From Setoptus koraiensis (taxonomy: Eukaryota > Animalia > Arthropoda): a stretch of DNA of 64,000 bases. The DNA is taken from positions 11,966,001 to 12,030,000 of the forward strand of contig CM106585.1 of the NCBI GenBank assembly GCA_048013815.1, read 5' to 3'. Below are positions 55,654 to 64,000 of the stretch, in pieces. The position numbers and the translations under genes are program-made. Below the pieces are notes generated by a model. That model had not been told where the DNA came from and ran no database searches. It worked only from the letters and a program-made list of their open reading frames with translations. How positions within the stretch are numbered: the first letter of the stretch is position 1; the number at the start of each line of letters is the position of its first letter.

Positions 55654-57008
55654 GGATGTTTCTCATACGTTTCCATTCACATCACGGGTATTGTGGTAAT
55701 TCTTTGTTGGAGCATCTACAAATAGGTGCTTATGTAAATAGTAATATTATGTCAATATTTGTCTGCATCGGCTCATTGAAATCTTTAATGAAATATGATA
55801 TAATAGATCAAGACCGATGTATTCATCGAATAGGGCTTCAACGGTTGGGATGTTGATTTCTGTTGAATAGCTGGATAATTTGGATGAAAGAACGTAGTAG
55901 GAATCCAAACATAGTGTACAATATCTGGTTTTATGCACTATATATCTGTGCTCTACAATATATCTTGCACCCGTCGATTCCTTTCTGATCACAATTTCTC
56001 GCTGCGATTTGGCAAACCATAATTTAGATTCCGATAGATAAGATAAAATTTGGAGATCAATTCGAAAGTAAAATAAAATATATCGCTCGATTCGCAAACA
56101 GTGATTTCATGAGTCATGTTTGAGATTACCTAATTGATTCACAGATGAACTGAAGCGCGCATATGGTCGTGGCTCCGCGGCACTTCGGATAAGAGAGGCG
56201 CACAAACCAACGTTCCTCCTCCTGGATCACTAAAATACCAAAAAAAAAAAATTCAACATTCGCAACCGACGAATTACGGCTTAGAACCTGATCTCTTAGA
56301 TGCACCATGAGGATCTTGAATTTTAGAAGAAAGACCTAAAAAGAAACTACTATACTACCAGCATAGTCGCGCTTCACCGATAAGGTTGTGCATTCCAATA
56401 AAAGCTGATGCTATGATTTGACATAGCTACAAAATCCTAGAGAGTTCTGAAAAAGGTATCTCATTCACAGCTAGAAATTAAAACCTTTTTTAGCGAAACT
56501 TAATAGGTAATATTATTAGAAATTTTAGTCTACAAAAATATTCATGGAAATTAAATCACAGTGAAAAAACGCTACCGTGACATTTTAGCGTTTCGCGCTA
56601 GAGAAAGTATACTTTTTAATGTATACCGCGAGAGCAATTCAAAGCGAAGATTCTCCAAATTTGTGTTTGATAGCTGCTTTCAACAGTTTGAAAGCCATGT
56701 TTGAAAGATAGTTCTGTACAGTTAAATTACATCCTCTTCTCTTTAGTTTGAGGTTTAATTCATAGAAAAGATAAGTATTTGTTTCATGAGTTCATGGTTA
56801 GTCAGCATTTTCTCAGTTTTAATTTGATACATTTTCTTTTCTCCAAGCTGGTTGTCTCGGATAAGCTCAACTGAAAGTATTTTTAAGCCAGGAGCTAAGG
56901 TATCCATTCCATCCAGGTGGTCCTTGCTTATCACGTTGGTTGAAACAGATAAGCATCTCTCATACTCTACAATTTAATAAAATGGATGTGATTCTGCTCA
57001 TAGTTGTA

Positions 57009-60000
57009 TTAAACAGCGCTGGTGAGTTTTTGTAGTCTATCAATTTCAATCTGCATCGTTGCGGTTTTCTTCCTTTCATCAGCCAGATCATTTATCAAGT
57101 CTTTTATAAGGTTTCCGTGAGTCCTTTTTTGATTTTCCATGAGAGTTCTCAATTCATTTATCTATTGATGCAAATTAAATAGTTTAGATATTGTTAAAAA
57201 ATTACATAATGTACAAAGTGTGACAGTGTCAAACATAGGTATATGAAGCTTACCTGATTCGATAGAGAATTGAACTCGTTATTGGTTATAGAAGCTTTCT
57301 TAAAATCCTCTCTTAACCTTCTGAGCTCTTCTTTTAGCATTTCGATTTCACTAGTATTGGCGATAGTCATCTGTTGCTGTTTTAGGAAGTCTCGTTGAGC
57401 GCTGGATGAATTTTCGTCATTTACAACCGTGTTTACATCGCTAGGTGAAGTATCTTTATCGAAAAAATTGTTTTGACTAGAGTTTTGCTGTGGCCCATAT
57501 GCATCAGAGTTGAGTTTTGAATATGGATACACATCATCAGATGCTTTTACTTGATTGGAATTTGTCTGATTACTTATGTTGCTTGATGAGCCTTGATGTA
57601 AAGTGGGTGTAGAAGAGATGCTATTGGAACTTGATGTATTGTGCCTATTGGCTATTGAAGATGGTGAATATCCAGACGCTGGTGAACGTTCTGAAGGCAG
57701 AGAAGATGCCTCGGCATCTTGACTTCTTGAGGAGGATGAATTCACAGAAGGAAAACCTGGTCTACTATTTATAGCGCTCGTAGGTTTGTTTACAAGTCCC
57801 GCATTATTCACAGCCGATTGATTCTTGAAATTAGAACCTTGGACGAATTCATTTGGGCCGGATGTGTCAACGATGGAATTCTGATTCATTGAATTAATTC
57901 CTTTGTCAGAAAATGAGAAGTCTCCTGAATAACGTGAAGTCAGACTTTTCACACCTCCGGTCAGACTAGACGTTGGTGTTTGCTGGTAGGATAACCCTCG
58001 ATTAGTATTAAATGGTGGTGAGTTTTTAACTGGTGCTACATTCGACACAACTGGCGATTCTGCTTGTTTGGCATTTGTGATGAAATTATTTGTCGAACTA
58101 CTTGAGTCCTCTGCTGAAGTATTGGGACCAGTATCGCGTTTCTTTTCAATTTTATCTGAGTGAGCTTTCTTGGTTGTTTTATCTCTTAATTCAAGCATCC
58201 AAGGAACTGCCGAAGTTTGAGGTGTCTCTTTTTGCTGTTGTGGCGACTTCTGTAACTTCGTTGAGCTATAGTCTTGATTTGAATCAGTTGGTTTAAAATT
58301 TGTAGGAGGAGTAACTGATTTGCTGTTCATTTGCTGTGAATTTTGGTTGACATTTATTGCTGCTGCTGGGCTATTCCCGTTATTGTTTGGCAAGGAAGAT
58401 TGATTGATACTGTTTGAAGATTTTGTTTCTCCATTATGCAGAATATCTAAAGAATTATCTGAGATGTTATCTCTCGCTGCTAGAATATTCGATGGAGGTC
58501 TTCTTGAAGAAGGACCTTTAGCCCTTTGTGCAGTTAGATGATTGAGTTTGCCCGGTACCTGACCTGAGTTAGAATCATAACTCGTAAAAGAATCGAAAGA
58601 GGAGTTGTTGTTAAGATGATTTCTACTGCCGAACGCTGAGTTTAGAGAATTCAAGTCCTTAGATTGGCTGTATGAATTTGTTTGGTCACGAATGTTGTTA
58701 TCGGCCGCATTATCGTTAGGTTTACTCATGGACGTTAGAGATGGTTGCGGAACGTTCATTGGCGATTTGGCAGCGACTGGAGGTTTAGTGCATGATGATG
58801 AGCCAAATTTGTTTCGATTCAATGATAGAAATGATGCCGACGAACCTACATTGTTTATGTCACTATTTGTCTCTAAGTCTTTGCTGAAGCCTTTTGGCGT
58901 CGAAACTAGTGATTGATTTTTCTCAGTTGGCATAACCATTGATATTGGACCGCCACTCATCATAACAACAGGCGGTGGCCTTGAGGGCTTTTGCATTCTA
59001 GGAGGGAATAGATCTGGAGTGTAGCCTTGATCCTGGGGAACGGGCACTTTGATGAGCTCCACAAAGTTATCTGGAAATACACCTATCTGGCCTCTAAGCT
59101 CTCCTTTCCACCAGCCTTGGTCCTCTATTTGCTTATTGATAACATTAATGATATCTCCTTCCTCTATGGTGAGCTCATCTGAATTTTGTGCTTCATAGTT
59201 ATAGATAACTCTGGCTTGTTCGCGGATGATTGCAGACTGTTGCTTATATGGATAAGATGACGTCTGAGAGTGTGAGGTAGCCTGATTAAGAGAGGCTGAT
59301 AATTGAGCTGTAGAGGGCTTAGGAGGTAGAACAGGCGCTGCCTCTGAGGATGAGTCACTATTAGACTGGTCTGGCATGGGTGCTGGTGGGGGTGGTTTTT
59401 TTGGTATTGCTTTGTGGCCACTGCCACTATTATTAATACTGTTGTTGTTACTGTTGTGTTTGTCTCCTCCTGTAACAATTCCATCAACTGGAGACAATTT
59501 TGGTTTGCCCCCTGCAAATATATCACCAAACCCTACACCTCTAACTGGCTTTGGTTTGCGTTCACATGAGGCCGAGTTTTCGTCGTCATGCTGCTGTTGG
59601 CTATCCATTTGAGATCTTGGCCCGATATTGTTGATGGCACACTTGAAATTTGAATTTGAATTATCAATGGAATTGCTATTGTTGAAATGATTAGCGATTT
59701 TGTTTAAGTTGTTGCCGTTGTTTTGGTTAACGTATTGTTGATTTAATATTGGTAGTTGTTGTTCAAACGATGGAGAGGCATTTGAAGTCAACTCTACGAA
59801 ATTGGATGGAAAAACACCTTCTCGTCCGTCTAATTTACCTGTGACGTAAACGAAAGTAGTGAAAACAGTTGAAATATAATATGGTTAGAAAATTGGCGTC
59901 ATGTCACCATGGCTATCAGCCATTGTCAAATGATAAGTGGTCATTTGATATATACTAACCTCTCCACCAGCCTTTGTTTTCATCGCATGTGATGATGATT

Positions 60001-60681
60001 CAGGTGGCACAGATGTGTGTTTGTGTGAGCAAGTGTGTTTTTGTAATAATTGAATAACACACAATGTTGATGTTACAAACGTTGATACATGAGTAAAATA
60101 ATATATTTGTTGTATATAATATTATTGAATGAATGTAAAGATTGGGAATGTATTAGAAAATGTTTGAATATTATCTAATATTAATAATATGATTCTATTA
60201 TGTTATAGATAAAAAATATCTGTAAAATAAGTCTATGGCTGTTGAGCTGTAGAACTGCAGTTTGCTGATTTTGGTATGTGCTGGAATCTGCAACACGATG
60301 TAATGTGATGTGCGGTGGTGCGCATATGCGCAAAAAAGATACCATCGCTCAGATAGAAGTCAATGTTGCTGCTGTCATCGTGGCTGACATCGGTGGTCAC
60401 CAGCACTACAGACATACCATTGAAGGCAACTTTCGTATGGACCATTAATGCTAAAGCATATATGAGCAACTAACGAGTTGTTGCACACCTATCAATGGTT
60501 GGCCAAATCAATCTATCATGTAATTATTATTAGATGAATTGTATGAATGAATCACAGAAATACTTTACCTTGTTCCTCTTCGTCCAGGACCTCTATGAGT
60601 TCGCCCGGATTAAGTTTGAGTTCGTCGCTTTTCACTGGATCATAAGAATAGAGAACACGAGCCAATCTCTTCATGATTCTC
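57009..60681 (-). CDS. cindr: CD2AP/CIN85 (cindr) SH3 adaptor, possibly 5'-partial; complement(join(57009..57161,57254..59838,59960..59971,60569..60681))
   Basis: Two SH3 domains (ARVLYSYDP...DEL...GWWRG...GVFPSNFV; ARVIYNYEA...DEL...GWWKG...GVFPDNFV), the family GVGFGDIF motif, PxxP stretches and a C-terminal coiled coil (LADERKK...IEIDRLQKL). An acceptor at 60682 with a CACTAAC branch site implies further upstream exon(s); in-frame ATG at 60674. Confidence 0.88.
59960..59971 (-). other. 12-nt microexon (GC TGG TGG AGA G) encoding G-W-W-R of the first visible SH3 domain
   Basis: Flanked by caaAG and GTtagt, phase 1/1. It supplies exactly the WW core missing between the neighbouring exons. 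Confidence 0.85.
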
Positions 60682-60984
60682 CTATCAGGCTGGCTCAATG
60701 TTAGTGTCTCGACGATATATCTGGTATATCTATCACACACATATACACATGCACACAGAGACAGAGGGGCAGGCAGGCAGGCAGACAGACAGACAGACTC
60801 AGTCAGTCAGTCACACAAACAGACAAGCGCAACTGGCTACTATACGAACAGTGGAGTTTTGGTGTAGAGAAAAAGGGACTCACACTATTATATATAATCA
60901 ATAATGTGGCAATGATGCAAGACAGGTAATAGTACAAATTCTACACATACAGTACAAATATACATGTATGGAGAGAGTCTTGGT

Positions 60985-61900
60985 GTTTGTGTGTGTGTGT
61001 GTGTGTGTAGCCGAGCGAGTGTGTGTGTGTGCAAATGCAATTAGAAGTTGCTCTTGTTTCCAAGTTGTTGCCCCTGCAACCGCTGGTCTTGCCGACGCCG
61101 ATGCTGTGTATGTGTGTGTGTGTGTGTGTGTGCGTGTGTGTCTGTGTACAACTGGTAGTGCAAAAGTTGAACTAATTTTACAGTTGTTGTTGTTGATGCG
61201 CCATGAGTGGCCTGTGGCAAAGAGAAAAAAGATGTTGCTGTTGTTGTTGTGTCGTGGACTGTGCCGCCGACGACAAGACTATTGTGTTGCTGCCTGTTGC
61301 CTCGACACACTAATTGTTGTTGCTGTTGTTGGCCTGGTCGATACTACAAGTATAAGTATTTGATGCAACCACCATTTGGCGAATAGCCGGTTGCTCCGCA
61401 GTGCGTAGATGCCGTGGCTCGCCTTCTGCCGTCTCGGGCCGCTGTGTAGTGTTTTCCTGTGCTCGGACTTGTGATCGGATAATAGTAACAGTTGTGGTAA
61501 TAATAAAATAATATAGGCGACACCGTGGAGAATAAAAACAATAATAATAATAGTAATAATCTGATACTGCTGTGATAATTCAACCGCTGCGCTGCTTTAT
61601 TCGTTGGCGTCTGGTCACCGACTGCTGCTGCTGCTGACCAATCTCTTTCTCTCTGTTCTGTTCTGTTCTCTAATAGAGAATCTCTATCGTGTGTGTGTGT
61701 TCGCCATCTCCCACTATCTCCCTCGCACTGGCTCACTCTCCCGAGGAATCGAACAAACACACTGGTTGCTGTTCAGTGTGGCCACTGGTGCTCGCAGGCA
61801 GCGCGACAGCGCACAGTCTACACCCTTTGCTGCTCGCTCACTTGCACGCACAGTCAACACTTTTCAAGCGGCGAACATGCTGTGTGTGTGTGTGTGTTTG
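60985..61900. repeat. Region rich in (GT)n, (GTT)n, (AAT)n and (CTG)n microsatellites
   Basis: Several runs read directly, e.g. 60987-61030, 61108-61148 and 61878-61897. Confidence 0.8.
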
Positions 61901-64000
61901 CCAGTCTATACTCACACTCGCTGCTGCGAATGATTCACACTGTGAATCATTCACAGCAACCGCTCAACGCACGCTCACAAAGCCCGGCTCACCATTCGCC
62001 GGTGACTATTGTTGCCCGGCCTTGCAAGGGCAGCAACAATCTGGTTGCAATAATGCCCTTAGTGCGCATCACACACACGCACGCATGCACCGACAGCGCG
62101 CAATGCGCTGCAGCACAACCAGCCAAACGTTGGCGCACCAAGAGGGAGCGCGCCAGGGGAGGGCACAATCTGTCGATTCGCCATGCTCATTTTACCGTAC
62201 AATTTGTACGTGCGTTATCGAACTTTCAATATTCGACAGGGGGGGGGGAGGCGTTTCGTTCGGCAACCTGTGCGCTGATGAAATGTTATCGAACGCTCTC
62301 CAAATTCCACGCCATTGCCTGTCCCCAAACTGAGGCTGAATCTGGCCAAAGCAAACGACTGACAGGTCAGGTGAAAGCAAAAGTTCCTTTGCCCCTCCCC
62401 CACCTGCTCATTTCCTCACAGAAGGCTCCGTCTCCCATCACCAATCACGATTCTGGTATGAGCACGTACCAATCGACTGAGGCCTCCCTTCGGGAGATAC
62501 TGCGAACAGGTTGCACCGACCAGCAGACGTGATCTTTTCAATGATCGACACCTGACGATGCTCGAAATAAACAAAAACGGCTGGCTTGTGACACACGAAA
62601 ATGTTGAAATTGTTGAAATTGTTGTTTGGTAGCTAACCAATAAACATGTTGCATAAACATCGCGCGAAAACACCGACTCCCAGATCTGGCAGCTGCTTAT
62701 TTCATTGGTATATCCAGCTCACATTTCCTGTAACTTTGCTCCCTCTCACTCTCGCCGTCTTGTGCAAACCATGATATAATGAGTACCGAAAAAGGCTCCA
62801 CGGCAGCAGAGTCTTTCTCGGGATCGCTGTCCAGCTTCGGGCCATATGTACGGGCCATATGCATGAACCGTCGCCTAATAACTCTTTTACCAGTGGGTTC
62901 CCTTACAGGGTCCCATTACTTGAATACGCCCGAGGTCAAGCATGACGCATGCAATCAAGACAATTGGTGGCCGCAATCAGGTCAACACATTAGCTAATCG
63001 CTAACGGCTACTCGAAACGCTTCCCAGCTTTACGGCACATTGCGGCACTTGTCACAAATTCCTATCACATTTCAAAAGCAGCAGTCAGTTGTCCTTGGCA
63101 GAACGCTGCCGAGCGTTAAAACGAAAGTATCCAGCCATCCAGTTGGGTTAGAGAACAGCGCAAACAATGACGCAATAACAATCTCAAATGATTTCTCTCT
63201 CTTGGCCAACGCTAATCTAGCGGGTGTCTATGAATACTAAGTTGTATTATATTGTAACTAGTAAGACGACTGCCTCTAATTGTTCTAATGAAAACCATGG
63301 GTTGAACACGGTGTTAGCCATTGTCCAGAACATATCTCATGTCTCAACATTTCTCATCTCGTGCGGCTTGCAGCAACTAGCTGCTGGCCACTACCATAAC
63401 TCTAACTATTCCGATGGATGCGGATTGCGAATTTATCCGTGTTAACGAAACACAATGAGAAGAAGTTAATTTTGCAGCTTACAAGTTAACTGTTAATCAA
63501 GCCGCTTCGAAGAATTTGCCGAGGCAAGCGGCCAGTAAACGCGGTTACGCACACACCTACATCTCCAACGATGGATAGATTTAATCTCACTGACAGGTTT
63601 GCTATTAATTTCACACGGGCTCTCTGCAATGGCAAAGCAATTCCAACTGAGCAACTGGGTGGAATAATAGTAACGTAAAAGATTAATAAATCACCACTAA
63701 TCTAACATATTTTGTTGTTCATGTAGCACCCATAGTTTAAATGATTTATGTTGCAGCATTGGGAATGTACTCAATTGAAACTGGCTGGCTGCCTTTTAGC
63801 TCTATTATTATGACAGCATTTGTTAACTATTCACGACAACAAACTTGATGATGGCTCACAACAACAAAATAGTTTGCTCTGTCTAACAGATACCCACTAG
63901 TTACTACTTACCAACAATAAAGCGTTCGTTCATGTCAGAGGTAAAAAGTTAAAAGGTTATTATTTATTCCTCCCATGTTTCATTATACTACACAATTGTC

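Noticed and set aside
60233-60469. 78-aa ORF nested in the 597-nt cindr intron
   Set aside because: Short, no recognisable domain, and no splice sites linking it in frame.
61689-62532. Overlapping 214-aa and 279-aa plus-strand ORFs
   Set aside because: Non-ATG starts, microsatellite-derived residues (CVCV, HTHA) and no homology; expected by chance in GC-rich low-complexity DNA.
284-63445. The many 60-230 aa ORFs in the supplied track
   Set aside because: Most are antisense or alternate-frame shadows of real genes, or rely on GTG/TTG starts that are inappropriate for a eukaryote.
1-64000. Bacterial origin, contamination or horizontal transfer suggested by dense intronless ORFs
   Set aside because: All recognisable genes belong to eukaryote/animal families, several have spliceosomal introns and AATAAA signals, and none looks bacterial.

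Overview
Eukaryotic (animal) genomic DNA with about 20 protein-coding genes in 64 kb. It is arthropod-type by its troponin I and cindr-like genes, and the compactness and intron poverty suggest a mite, possibly eriophyoid (inference). Genes in order: an orphan type-I membrane protein, DDX46/Prp5, ATG14 (plus a decayed duplicate of its 3' end), an ABCA transporter, a 5-exon fatty acyl-CoA reductase, porcupine, a hAT-transposase-derived BED protein, NF-YC, RPAP2, FIBP, RIC1, a CYP3-clan P450, NKAIN, a stand-alone BED-finger protein, DNase II, a shortened NXF1-like protein, a divergent CTP synthase, troponin I, VGAT and a CD2AP/CIN85 (cindr) homologue. Thirteen of the 20 have no intron in the CDS. 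I reconstructed the spliced genes by hand from GT/GC-AG sites and frame continuity. I found no rRNA, tRNA, CRISPR array or intact transposon. The strongest leads are: a CTP synthase whose UTP/CTP-triphosphate-binding residues are replaced; seven perfect miR-71 8mer seed matches in 370 bp upstream of VGAT; an ABCA with no extracellular domains; an NXF lacking RRM/LRR; a 12-nt microexon encoding the GWWR core of an SH3 domain; A/C-rich splice acceptors; and two convergent genes both truncated where they overlap. All family assignments come from recognised motifs, not database searches.
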